Assembly: GCF_910587525.1 (NCBI RefSeq)
Contig: NZ_CAJULS010000001.1
Span: 1-63,381 of the forward strand
DNA from: an uncultured Oscillibacter sp.
Lineage (GTDB): Bacteria > Bacillota > Clostridia > Oscillospirales > Oscillospiraceae
Length of the DNA: 63,381 nt
Direction of reading: 5' to 3'
Positions within the stretch are counted from its first letter, which is position 1; every line of letters begins with the position of its first letter. The position numbers and the translations under genes were made by a program. Shown one piece after another: positions 37,396 to 47,045 of this stretch. The notes beneath the pieces were generated by a model that was given only the letters and a program-made list of their open reading frames with translations, had not been told where the DNA came from and searched no databases.

Positions 37396-38916
37396 ATGGA
37401 TCAGATGAAAAACGCCCTCATTCCGGAGGGTACGGCGAAGCCTGCCCAAAAGGCCCCCAGAATCTACAAGACCACCGCTCTCAGCCGCCTCATTCTGGCC
37501 GCGTCCCTGGCCCTGTGTCTCCTGCTGGTGAACGCCGCCACCTGGCCCTGGGGTATGGGAAACACCGTCACCGTCTTTGCCTGGTACGCCCTCCTCCTGC
37601 CCGCCATGGGCCGGGAGGCCCTGCTCCGCCGCCGGGAGAGCAGGGTCCTGCTGGCATACAACCTGCTGCTGGCCGCCTCCTTCGCCCTGACCTCCAATCC
37701 CTGGTTCCGGCTCTGGAATTTCCTGGCCCTGGTGCTGCTGGTCCCCATCCACACCGCCTCCCTGGCCTTCGGGGACCTGCTGCCCTGGTGGCGGCCCGCC
37801 ATGGTGGGGGAGCGGCTGGGACTGCTGTGCCGCGGCGCCTTCTGCCACCTGGGCGCGGCGCCCGCGGCCATCTCCGCGGGGCGGGAGAAAAAAAGTCTGA
37901 GCCTCACGGTGGTGCTGGGCGCCGCCGCCGCGTTGGCGCTGGTGTCCGCCCTGCTACCGGTGCTGGCCTCCGCAGACGCCCTGTTTGCCGCTGCCACCCA
38001 AGGGCTGGTGGAGTTCATCCGCCTTCACTTCGCCCGGGAGCTCTGGAAACTCTTCTGGGCCCTGGCGCTGACGCCCTTTTTGTTCGGGCTCCTGTACTGC
38101 CTCCGCCACGTGCCGGTCCAGACCAAGGCCCGCACGCTCTACACCGTGGACAGCGCCCTCTTTGCCATTATCCTGGGGGCCCTGGACGTGCTGTACCTGC
38201 TGTTTCTGGCGGTGCAGTCCGCTGGGCTCTTCGGCGGACCGGAGTACCTGGCCCAGCGGGGTATCTCCTACGCCGACTGGGCCCGCAACGGCTTTTTCCA
38301 GATGGTGGGCGTCACCATCCTCAATCTGGCGGCGGTCATGGCGTCCCTGACCTTCTCCCAGCAGGAGAGCCGGGGCTGGCGGGCCGTCCAGGGACTGTCC
38401 GCAGCGCTGGTGGGGGAGAGTTTGATTCTTCTTGCCTCCGCCGCCTGGCGGATGACACTGTACGTCTCCGCCTACGGCCTCAGCTTCAAGCGCTTCATGA
38501 CCTACTGGGGCATGGTGATGATGGCGCTGTTCCTGCTCTCGGCCCTGGAGAAAACCCGGAGGCCGGACCGCTCCTTCTGCCGCCGGGCCCTTCCCCTGGC
38601 CCTGGCGGGGTGGCTGGCAATCAACTGCATTCCCGTGGACTATCTGGTGGCGAAAAACCAAGTGGACCGGTATCTCTCAGGGGAGAGCCCCATTCTCAGC
38701 GTCCACTATCTGGCCTACGCTCTGTCCTATGACACCTTCTCCCAGCTGGAACGGCTGGACCCTGCGCTGCCCTTGGCAATCTGCGAGGGAGATTGGTGGA
38801 GCAGGCAGCATACGGCGGGCAGTCTGGTGGAGAAGCGGCGCGCGGCGGCCCAAGAGGACTGCGCCGACTGGCGCAGCTGGAACCTCTCCGCCTGTCTCGC
38901 CGCCGGAAGGAACTGA
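37396..38916 (+). CDS. DUF4173/DUF4153-like multi-pass membrane protein
   Basis: LASADALF, YADWARNGFFQM, RMTLYVSAYGLSFKR motifs. Confidence 0.8.
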   Translation: MDQMKNALIPEGTAKPAQKAPRIYKTTALSRLILAASLALCLLLVNAATWPWGMGNTVTVFAWYALLLPAMGREALLRRRESRVLLAYNLLLAASFALTSNPWFRLWNFLALVLLVPIHTASLAFGDLLPWWRPAMVGERLGLLCRGAFCHLGAAPAAISAGREKKSLSLTVVLGAAAALALVSALLPVLASADALFAAATQGLVEFIRLHFARELWKLFWALALTPFLFGLLYCLRHVPVQTKARTLYTVDSALFAIILGALDVLYLLFLAVQSAGLFGGPEYLAQRGISYADWARNGFFQMVGVTILNLAAVMASLTFSQQESRGWRAVQGLSAALVGESLILLASAAWRMTLYVSAYGLSFKRFMTYWGMVMMALFLLSALEKTRRPDRSFCRRALPLALAGWLAINCIPVDYLVAKNQVDRYLSGESPILSVHYLAYALSYDTFSQLERLDPALPLAICEGDWWSRQHTAGSLVEKRRAAAQEDCADWRSWNLSACLAAGRN

Positions 38917-38934
38917 TCCTCCCGGTCACAGAAA

Positions 38935-38967
38935 AGGAAAGGCCCGCTCTCTGAGCGGGCCTTTCCT
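38935..38967. terminator. Terminator between convergent genes
   Basis: AGGAAAGGCCCGCTC / GAGCGGGCCTTTCCT. Confidence 0.75.
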
Positions 38968-38987
38968 AAAGTCCTGGCTTCTGACTC

Positions 38988-39839
38988 CTAATCCCCCACG
39001 CTGTGGGTCCGCAGATAGTCCAGCCAAATTCTGCACCCCGCCGGATTCAAATGCACGCCGTCGAAGTTCAGGTCCTTGGGCAAACACCCGTCTTCCCCGG
39101 TCAGCACCTCCGTCACATCCACCAGGGAGCACGCCTTCTCCTCCGCCAGGGCCCGGATAACCCCATTGTAGACGCCGATACGCTCGTTGTTCACATAGCT
39201 TCCCTTGGCGTCCTGCTTGGCGCTGACCGGCAGGATGGTCTGGAGAACAATTTCCGCGTCCGGATGGTCCTCCCGGATGCGGTCGATGACCCTGGCGTAC
39301 TGGTCGTGGAAGGTCTCCTTTCTGCTCCAGCCCAGCTCGTTGATTCCCAGCATCAGATACACCTTGCCGCACTCAATTTCTGTCAAAGCGTCCAGCAGGG
39401 GGACCTTCTCCTTTCCGCCGGCAGGCCAGACCTTCTTGGTGAACACGGACTCCACCGTGGCCCCCACGCCGTAGAGATAGGTGCCGGTCTTCAATCCGCT
39501 GTAAAGGTGGAACCCCTCTGTGCGGGAGTCCCCCAGAAAGACGGCGTCCTCAAAATATGTATCGTCCACGGCCTCGCTCTCTGGCACCGGGGCAAAGGGC
39601 TCTTCCAAAACCGCTGCGGCCGTTTTAAGCTGCACCTGTTTTACCGCCGCGGCAGCATCCCGTTTTGTGTCTCCGGCCAGGCGAACAATTGCCGCAGCTT
39701 CTCTTGCCTTTTCCGGAAGCGGCTCTCGGGCGGCGCCCGCCGGCCCCGCCGGCGTCAGCAGCTCCGCGGACACCACCAGCATCACCAAAACTGCCGGCGT
39801 CCTCTTCCAATTTCGTTTTTTTCCCCGTTTTCCTGCCAT
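38988..39839 (-). CDS. Exported SGNH/GDSL-type esterase
   Basis: FLGDSRTEG, LGINE, DGVH; N-terminal basic and hydrophobic anchor. Confidence 0.88.
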   Translation of the reverse strand: MAGKRGKKRNWKRTPAVLVMLVVSAELLTPAGPAGAAREPLPEKAREAAAIVRLAGDTKRDAAAAVKQVQLKTAAAVLEEPFAPVPESEAVDDTYFEDAVFLGDSRTEGFHLYSGLKTGTYLYGVGATVESVFTKKVWPAGGKEKVPLLDALTEIECGKVYLMLGINELGWSRKETFHDQYARVIDRIREDHPDAEIVLQTILPVSAKQDAKGSYVNNERIGVYNGVIRALAEEKACSLVDVTEVLTGEDGCLPKDLNFDGVHLNPAGCRIWLDYLRTHSVGD

Positions 39840-40012
39840 GTGACTCCCCGCTCCCACTCTGTGATTTTTCCGCCGCTCTTATGCGCTTTTTATTATACAT
39901 CATTTTGTCGGAAAATGTCGAAACAAATCAATAAAATTTTGATGACAAATTCTTTACAATTCTTACAAAATACAGGGAGTTTTTTACCGGTTCCTGCTGT
40001 GGCAGGACAAAA

Positions 40013-40043
40013 AGCGCCCGCGGACGGTCCGTCCGCGGGCGCT
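40013..40043 (-). terminator. Terminator after the nucleotidyltransferase gene
   Basis: 15-bp inverted repeat AGCGCCCGCGGACGG / CCGTCCGCGGGCGCT with a T-tract on the minus strand. Confidence 0.7.
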
Positions 40044-40136
40044 CAGAATTCAGAAGCTGCTTTCACAGGCGTTGAACACCGTCTGAACGGGGATTTCCGC
40101 GCCCATCCAGCATTCCCCACCTGTGAATACAGCTTC

Positions 40137-41054
40137 TTATTTCCTCAGATTCTCCGGGTAGGCTCCCGCCCGGTGGAGTTTCCTCAGTTCCTCCGCCACA
40201 GTCTCCCGGTCCTCCCGGTAGGTCATGCCAAACCACTTGTCCGCAGACCGGAGGACCGAGACCTCCAGCTCGTTTGTCCTCAACAGGTCGTCTACCATGA
40301 TGGGCAAAAGGCACTCCGATTTCGGGTCCTGTCCCCCCTCCCCATGCAGAAAAGCGGCAAAATAACGCTCCAACACCGGAAAGATGGAGGGCATGAAGCC
40401 CCAGTAATTCATGGACACCGGGGACTGGGGGTCCAGAGGACAATCCGCTGTCAGATCCCGCAGGGTCCCGTCGGGATAGAGCTGGATTTTCTTCGTCTCC
40501 CGGACGGAGCGCAGCTGCCCGTCCTCCACCGTACAAATACCCCGGGAGACAGTGCCGTGGAGACTGGCTGTGTTTTTCAGCAGATATCCCACCATGGCGG
40601 CCTTCCTCTCCGCCGGGAGGCGCTTGAGCTCTCCATACATCGCCCGGTAAGCGTCGATGCCGTAGTAGTCGTCAGCGTTGATGACACAGCAGGGCTCATG
40701 GACCACGTCCGCGGCGCACAGCAGGGCGTGAACGGTGCCAAAGGGCTTGGTCCGCTCCGGCGGGAGCCGGTAAAAATCCGGCAGGGATGTAAAATCCTGG
40801 AAAGCATAAGCCACCTCCACAGGGCTTCCGTCCCCGGAGGTCCTCCTCTCCAAATAATCTCCGCATAGGCGGCGCACCAGACCCTCCATCTCCGGTTTGA
40901 TGATAAATACCACCTTATTGAATCCCGCCCGCAGCGCATCGTAAATGGAGTACTCCATCAAAATCTCCCCATTGGGGCCAATGCCGTCCACCTGCTTGCT
41001 GCCGCCATAGCGGGACCCCAGACCCGCCGCCATGATGATCAGGGAAACCTTCAT
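40137..41054 (-). CDS. Sugar-phosphate nucleotidyltransferase family protein
   Basis: IMAAGLGSRYGGSKQ, RTKPFGT, INADDYYG, SMNYWGF. Confidence 0.88.
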   Translation of the reverse strand: MKVSLIIMAAGLGSRYGGSKQVDGIGPNGEILMEYSIYDALRAGFNKVVFIIKPEMEGLVRRLCGDYLERRTSGDGSPVEVAYAFQDFTSLPDFYRLPPERTKPFGTVHALLCAADVVHEPCCVINADDYYGIDAYRAMYGELKRLPAERKAAMVGYLLKNTASLHGTVSRGICTVEDGQLRSVRETKKIQLYPDGTLRDLTADCPLDPQSPVSMNYWGFMPSIFPVLERYFAAFLHGEGGQDPKSECLLPIMVDDLLRTNELEVSVLRSADKWFGMTYREDRETVAEELRKLHRAGAYPENLRK

Positions 41055-41166
41055 AAACATCCTCCGTACCCGGTCCGCCGCCTCAGACCACAGTGCGCAA
41101 ACCGGCCTTTTGTACATAAGATCGCAGAATTACTATACCCCATCCTTCCCGGCTTTTCAACCACCC

Positions 41167-41223
41167 TTGACTTTTTCTTTGGAAGATTTATAATGGGGAA
41201 TGCAAAACTGAGAATAATTTTCA
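41167..41223 (+). promoter_or_regulatory. Promoter with a Fur/Zur-like box
   Basis: TTGACT-N16-TATAAT; 7-1-7 imperfect palindrome TGAGAAT-A-ATTTTCA at 41209-41223. Confidence 0.6.
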
Positions 41224-41238
41224 AATTGGAGATGCCAT

Positions 41239-41652
41239 ATGCCATACAACACGAGACAAAGACAGGCCGTCCTCCACTGTCTGGAGGAACGGCCGGAGGA
41301 GGCTCTCTCCGCCTGTGAGATCGCGGAGACCCTGCGGCAGGACCAGTGCCCGGTGGGGCTGGCCACCGTGTACCGCCAGCTGGAACGGCTGGAGAAGACG
41401 GGCCGTGTCCACCGGATAGACACCGGAGAGGGCGCGCTGTACCAATTCTGCGTCCACGGCGGCGCCCGGGCCTGCTTTTTGCTCCGGTGCGAACACTGCG
41501 GCCGCATGGTCCATCTGGACTGCTCCCATCTGGAGGAGCTCTGCCGCCATCTGGCGGCAGACCACCGTTTCCGTATGGACCCCCGCCGGACCATTTTGAC
41601 GGGGCTCTGCAGCGCCTGTGACGGAGAGGAGGTGCCCTATGGAACGGCCTGA
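41239..41652 (+). CDS. Fur family regulator (probably Zur)
   Basis: TRQR, GLATVYRQL, CEHCG, GLCSAC; linked to metal ABC genes. Confidence 0.88.
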   Translation: MPYNTRQRQAVLHCLEERPEEALSACEIAETLRQDQCPVGLATVYRQLERLEKTGRVHRIDTGEGALYQFCVHGGARACFLLRCEHCGRMVHLDCSHLEELCRHLAADHRFRMDPRRTILTGLCSACDGEEVPYGTA

Positions 41653-42352
41653 ACTGCTGGCCTGCCGGGACGTGTCCCTGGGCTATGAGGGGCAAAACGT
41701 CCTGACCCATCTGGATCTCTCCATCCGGGCGGGGGACTATCTCTGCATTGTGGGGGACAACGGCTCCGGAAAGTCCACGCTGCTGCGGGGCCTGCTGGGC
41801 CTGCTGACCCCTCAATCCGGCAAGATCTGGCGGGCGCCGGAGCTGCGGCGGGGGGCCATCGGCTACCTGCCCCAGCAGACCCGGGCCCAGCGGGACTTTC
41901 CCGCCACAGTGTACGAGGTGGTGCTCTCCGGCTGTCTCAACCAGCGGGGAACCCATTTTTTCTACTCCGGCGCCCAAAAATCGGCAGCACTGATGAATAT
42001 GGGGAAGCTGGGCGTCCTGGAGCTGAAGGACGAGAGTTACCGCAGCCTCTCCGGCGGCCAACAGCAGCGGGTCCTGCTGGCCCGGGCGCTGTGCGCCGCC
42101 GGCCGCCTGCTGATTCTGGACGAGCCCATCACCGGCCTGGACCCTGCCGCCGCCCAGGATCTGTATAAGACGCTGGCCTACCTCAACGAAAAAGAGGGCA
42201 TGGCTGTGGTCATGGTGACCCACGACCTGCGGCCCGCCCTGCGTCAGGCCCGTACCGTGCTCCATATCGGCCGCGGCAGTCTGTTCTACGGCACCGCGGC
42301 GGAATATCTGGCCTCCCCCCAGGGGCGGCGCTTTCAGGAGGTGGAGCCATGA
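41639..42352 (+). CDS. znuC: Zn/Mn ABC transporter ATP-binding protein
   Basis: GDNGSGKST, IGYLPQ, LSGGQQQR, LDEP, VTHD. Confidence 0.85.
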   Translation: MERPELLACRDVSLGYEGQNVLTHLDLSIRAGDYLCIVGDNGSGKSTLLRGLLGLLTPQSGKIWRAPELRRGAIGYLPQQTRAQRDFPATVYEVVLSGCLNQRGTHFFYSGAQKSAALMNMGKLGVLELKDESYRSLSGGQQQRVLLARALCAAGRLLILDEPITGLDPAAAQDLYKTLAYLNEKEGMAVVMVTHDLRPALRQARTVLHIGRGSLFYGTAAEYLASPQGRRFQEVEP

Positions 42353-43158
42353 GCCTGCTCCAGATGTTATCCTTCCCCTTCATGCAGCGGGCGCTGATCG
42401 CCGGGGTACTGGTGTCGCTGTGCTGCGCTCTGCTTGGGGTATCCCTTGTGTTAAAACGGTACTCTATGATCGGCGACGGGCTGAGTCATGTCTCCTTCGG
42501 AGCCCTGGCCATTGCCGTGGCCCTGGGCTTTACGCCGCTGTATTTCTCCATTCCCGTGGTGGTGCTGGCTGCCTTCTTCCTGCTGCGCATGGCGGGCAAT
42601 CCCCGCTGGAACAGCGACGCGGCCATCGCCGCCGTCAGCGCCTCGTCTCTGGCCGTCGGAATCATGGTCATCTCCCGCACCACCGGCATGACCACCGATG
42701 TGGACAACTATATGTTTGGCAGCGTCCTGGCCATGTCCCGAGCGGATGTGGCGCTGTCCGTCCTGGTGTCGATTGCGGTGCTGAGCCTGTTCGTGCTGTT
42801 CTACCACAAACTGTTCGCCGTCACCTTTGACGAGAGCTTCTCCCGGGCCGCGGGGCTGAACGTGGACCGCTACAACACATTGCTGGCCGTTCTCACTGCG
42901 TTGACCATCGTGCTGGGCATGCGGATGATGGGGGCCATGCTGATCTCCTCCCTGATCATCTTCCCCGCCCTGACGGCCATGCGGCTCTTCAAGAGCTTCC
43001 GCGGCGTGATCCTCTGCGCCGCCGTCACCTCAGTGTCCTGCTTCTGCACCGGACTAACGGTGTCCTTTGTCTGTTCCACCCCGGTGGGCGCCACGGTGGT
43101 GTGCGCCAATCTAGCGCTGTTTTTGATCTCCTGCGCCGTCAGCGCCCTGCGGCGCTGA
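42349..43158 (+). CDS. znuB: Zn/Mn ABC transporter permease
   Basis: IGDGLSHVSFG, YMFGSV, TFDE, GAMLISSL (ABC-3 family). Confidence 0.88.
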   Translation: MSLLQMLSFPFMQRALIAGVLVSLCCALLGVSLVLKRYSMIGDGLSHVSFGALAIAVALGFTPLYFSIPVVVLAAFFLLRMAGNPRWNSDAAIAAVSASSLAVGIMVISRTTGMTTDVDNYMFGSVLAMSRADVALSVLVSIAVLSLFVLFYHKLFAVTFDESFSRAAGLNVDRYNTLLAVLTALTIVLGMRMMGAMLISSLIIFPALTAMRLFKSFRGVILCAAVTSVSCFCTGLTVSFVCSTPVGATVVCANLALFLISCAVSALRR

Positions 43159-43344
43159 CGGCGTGCGAGAAACCCGGTTTCATAACTCGCCGCCGGTCAA
43201 GAGGCAATCAAGGGTTCAGAATTTTACCTTCCCATCCGGCGCTACACCGATCCACGGCGATGGGCTTACTCGTCCCTGTCGGAAACGGCATATTCTAAAA
43301 TAACCGCGGACCATTTGTCTGGCAAAACAAACCATTCAAGCTCC

Positions 43345-43904
43345 TTATTTTGGCAGCAGGCTGTTTCCTGCTCCAGCCAGCAGCGGCAGGCAACCTCGTA
43401 TTGAAGAAAAATCCTTATGGCGCATAATCAGAGAGCAGTTTACCCAGTCTCCGCTATTTGGTGTCTGGACGCTGTCACCATTATACACTTCCAGCAAGAC
43501 GGCAATCATAACGGGGCCGTCCGCCTGGTCCGAAGTGCCCTCCCGCATTTTTAGAAATAACCGTGATAAAAGATACCATTTCTGCAGCAGGCGCTTCCAG
43601 GGTCACACCGTCCCGCATCCAAAGGCGGCTTTCTACCCCGCCGGAATAAAACTTGCGGGGAGCGGTATACAGGAACGTGCGGCCCTCGTCATCCACTATT
43701 TCATAGATGGCAAATCCACCGCCCTTGTCCACATCTGCGCCACATACGCCGATCTGCTCCCTGATGCCCCCCCGCAGGCGTCCAAACATATTGAGCGCCG
43801 TCACTGTAATAGTGGGCCTGTTCATCCCAGCCGCCGCTCAACGGCGGGTCTGGGACATCATCCCCCGCCAGGATTGAGCCGGAGGACAAATGAGCCGGGG
43901 TCAA
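43345..43904 (-). pseudogene. Fragmented hypothetical gene (three overlapping frames)
   Basis: ORF pieces 43701-43904, 43481-43825 and 43345-43548 overlap end to end; one junction lies at a G7 run (43767-43773). Confidence 0.4.
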
Positions 43905-43940
43905 TCTTACTCCGGGTTTGCTGGCAATCCAAAAATAATA

Positions 43941-44420
43941 TTATCCTTTTTTGTAAAACACAAATGTTAATTTGTTGTTGATGATCTCTGTTTTTCCTGT
44001 TTGATAATAGCCCATTTTCATAATAAATGGCAATTTTATTTATTCTTGTAAAATAGTATCTAACTCCCAGCCCGAACAGCCATGAATACTTTCAGCTAAC
44101 TGTAACGCCTTTTACGCATAGCCTTTATTCCTATATTTTTCCCTTGTGAAAATGGGGGATATCCTTTTGATCTTGCCTTCTTCCTTCTTGTCAACGACTC
44201 GTATAGCCCCTACCATTACACTATTTACCTCTATAAAAGTAATAATAAGTAAATGGTTGATCTAATCTCATTATTATCTTATCGATCTTTTCGGTTGCTG
44301 GACTCGTTTCTGTATCTTGATACTTCTCATATAAGCCTTGAAATGCCTTAACCTGCATTTTCCATAATTTCTCTGCGTCATCGCGTCATCAACACCTATT
44401 TTGATCAGATTCATTTCCAT
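43941..44420 (-). pseudogene. GNAT acetyltransferase pseudogene (AT-rich)
   Basis: Manual reconstruction MEMNLIKIGVDDAEKLWKMQVKAF...VGAIRVV...RISPIF...YRNKGYA*...WELDTILQE*...KMGY; 8-bp duplication, frameshifts and in-frame stops. Confidence 0.8.
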
Positions 44421-44760
44421 ATCCATTCTCCAGATTCCAGTTTGTCACCTGATTATATTACGACCGATTCTTTATTTCGAGTTGCTGCTGATAAAATTGC
44501 TAATGCTTAGAACCATCAACACAAAAAGTAAAAGCGACTTATTTTATGGTGTGCAAAATCAAGTTGTTTCCACATAAGTATAGCAATTTACAGAATGGCC
44601 TTTAAGTAATTTTTGATAATATGATCAACATTGGAATAGCGTGGCAGCTGTCAATTGGGCAAAATGTTCCTGTGATACCTTACCTCACCCGAGCATCAGG
44701 AAAAGGGTCCCTGTTCTCCTCACACTTCCCCTGCCTGACCGAAGGGTCCACTCTTCTGAA

Positions 44761-44803
44761 AGGCGCCCTCACTCCGCCGCACAGCGGCGGAGTGAGGGCG
44801 CCT
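44761..44803. terminator. 20-bp perfect hairpin downstream of the Imm33-like gene
   Basis: AGGCGCCCTCACTCCGCCGC-ACA-GCGGCGGAGTGAGGGCGCCT. Confidence 0.65.
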
Positions 44804-44824
44804 GTTCCTTCGGGGCGGACATTG

Positions 44825-45430
44825 TCAAAATAGATTTTTGTTGTTCTCGTCCACCACCTCTACCAGCTGGCCACGCTCAAAGAGGCCAATGGTCCCCAGT
44901 GGCAGCGGCATCAGCGCCAGGGCCGCCTCGCAGAAGGAGAGAAGCTGGTATGTGCAGATGCGGGTGTAGTCGTTGGGGTCCTCGGAGCCATCCTCGCCGA
45001 TGACGCCCATGTACCAGCCGGAGTCCCCCTCGCAGGTGGGCTCCAGCCGCTGGAGATAGACGGTGTCCGCCTTTCTGGCGGTCTTCTTCATAAGCATGGT
45101 GTCCTGGAAGGAGGTGGTCACCGCCTGGACCGCAGCCTTATTCAGAACCTCCGTCTGCTCATGGAAGATCCGCAGGCTGAGGGACAGGTCCTCCTCTGTG
45201 GCGGAGAAGGGGTCCCCCACATAGTCGAAGGTCACCATCCGGAACTCCGGCCCCTGCTTTACAAACTTGTAAAAGCTCCACCCGATCTGGATGATGCTGC
45301 CATCCTCCAATATGCCGCCGGCCTTCTCCTCCTCCAGCAGGACCCCCGCCAGGAAGTCCGCCGTGGGCTTCCACTCCTCCCGGCAGGAGAGGGATACGGG
45401 CTTTCCATTAATATTGTAGGTGTATTTCAT
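44825..45430 (-). CDS. Hypothetical protein, Imm33/DUF2185-like immunity domain
   Basis: IQIGW and YLQRLEP...GDSGWYMG...LPLG pattern; GGAGG RBS. Confidence 0.6.
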   Translation of the reverse strand: MKYTYNINGKPVSLSCREEWKPTADFLAGVLLEEEKAGGILEDGSIIQIGWSFYKFVKQGPEFRMVTFDYVGDPFSATEEDLSLSLRIFHEQTEVLNKAAVQAVTTSFQDTMLMKKTARKADTVYLQRLEPTCEGDSGWYMGVIGEDGSEDPNDYTRICTYQLLSFCEAALALMPLPLGTIGLFERGQLVEVVDENNKNLF

Positions 45431-45752
45431 ACGCTGCCTCCCAATCATATTGAATTGAAATGCCGTTGCACTTTCCTTGTTTCCTGTTTTTTTATCATAT
45501 CAGATTCTGTCCCTCAGCGCAATCCCCCCAGCTCTGCGCCCGCAGGTGCAGACGGCGGTGCGCATTCGGTCGGGAAAATCAGCCATAACCTGCGTTTTTT
45601 CGTTGAGTCTCCCAACCAATCTCGGTCCTTTTATATTTTTTTTCAGATTCCTGTTTTCCTCGACAAATTGAGACAAGTTTTCCGCATGATTTTGTGTATT
45701 ATAAAGATACTCCAATCCACATTTTGTGGTCGTTTAGAAAGGACGAAGAAAA

Positions 45753-45911
45753 ATGCAGACGATTGCCAAAGAATATCTTTTGCTGTTCAACACACTGACA
45801 GACGCGGAAGAGACGCTTCGCAGGCTGGAGGCCCGGTTGATGGAGGCACAGCGGCAGGCCGAGGAGCTCTTTATGGAAAATACGGATCCCAACATACAGA
45901 ATCCGGATTAA
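45753..45911 (+). CDS. Small 52-aa helical protein
   Basis: AAAGGA RBS; MQTIAKEYLLLFNTLTDAEETLRRLEARLMEAQRQAEELFME...; own hairpin at 45916-45942. Confidence 0.7.
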   Translation: MQTIAKEYLLLFNTLTDAEETLRRLEARLMEAQRQAEELFMENTDPNIQNPD

Positions 45912-46006
45912 ATACAGCGGCCCCGCTGGCAGCGGGGCCGCTCCTTTATGAATCCTCTCTCCTCGGCCCAGGCCGCGCACTCCACATCGCCCCGCGGTAT
46001 CAGTCA

Positions 46007-46042
46007 AAAAGACGGGAACGCCAGGAGGCGTTCCCGTCTTTT
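46007..46042. terminator. Bidirectional terminator (pta)
   Basis: AAAAGACGGGAACGCC / GGCGTTCCCGTCTTTT. Confidence 0.8.
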
Positions 46043-46064
46043 CAGCAGGGGCATTTTCCCGATG

Positions 46065-47045
46065 TCAGTCCTCGCACAGACCGGCGGTGATCAGGGCCAT
46101 GGAGTAGACCTCCTGGCCGTTGCAGCCCCGGGAAAGGTCGTTGATGGGGGCGTTCAGGCCCTGGAGAATGGGTCCGTAGGCCTCGAAGCCGCCCATGCGC
46201 TGGCAGATCTTGTAGCCGATGTTGCCGGCGTTGATATCCGGGAAGATGAAGGTGTTGGCCCGGCCCGCCAGGGGAGACTCGGGGCACTTGGTCTCCGCCA
46301 CACGGTGGGACACGGCGGCGTCAAACTGCAGCTCACCGTCGATGATGATATCGGGGGCCTGGGCCTTGGCCTTGGCGCAGGCGTTGCGCATCTTGTCCAC
46401 ATCCTCGCCGGAGCCGGATCCGTGGGTGGAGTAGCTCAGGAACGCCATATGGGGGTCAATGCCGAAGAGGCGGGCCGTGCCGGCGGTCTCCAGGGCAATC
46501 TCCACCAGCTCATCCTCGTTCGGCTTGATATTGATGGCGCAGTCCGCCATAGCGATGACCTCGCGGTCGCCCACGGTGGTGGAGCGGACCAGAATGAAGC
46601 AGGAGGAGACGATCTTGCAGCCGGGCTTAGTCTTAATCAGCTGGAGTGCGGGGCGGACCGTGTCGGCGGTGGAGTAGGTGGCTCCACCCAGCAGCGCGTC
46701 GGCGTAGCCCATCTTCACCAGCATGGTGCCGAAGTAGTTGCCCTGCTTCAGCATGGAGCGGCACTGCTCCTCGGTCATCTTGCCCTTGCGCAGCTCCACC
46801 ATGGCGGCCACCATCTTGTCCATGTCCTCAAAGGCCTCGGGGTCCACAATCTCGGCGCCCCGGATGTTAAAACCGGCCTCCTCCGCGGCGGCAAAGACCT
46901 CTTCGGGCCTGCCCACCAGGACAGGGGTCAGGAACGTACCGGACAGCAGGCGGGCGGAGGCCTCCAGAATACGGGGGTCCGTGCCCTCGGTGAACACAAT
47001 CCTGCGGGGATGCGCCTTCAGCTTTTTGATAAGAAATTCAAACAT
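46065..47045 (-). CDS. pta: Phosphate acetyltransferase
   Basis: TADTVRPALQ, ADCA, DGELQFDAA, GNIGYK, NDLSRG. Confidence 0.96.
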   Translation of the reverse strand: MFEFLIKKLKAHPRRIVFTEGTDPRILEASARLLSGTFLTPVLVGRPEEVFAAAEEAGFNIRGAEIVDPEAFEDMDKMVAAMVELRKGKMTEEQCRSMLKQGNYFGTMLVKMGYADALLGGATYSTADTVRPALQLIKTKPGCKIVSSCFILVRSTTVGDREVIAMADCAINIKPNEDELVEIALETAGTARLFGIDPHMAFLSYSTHGSGSGEDVDKMRNACAKAKAQAPDIIIDGELQFDAAVSHRVAETKCPESPLAGRANTFIFPDINAGNIGYKICQRMGGFEAYGPILQGLNAPINDLSRGCNGQEVYSMALITAGLCED

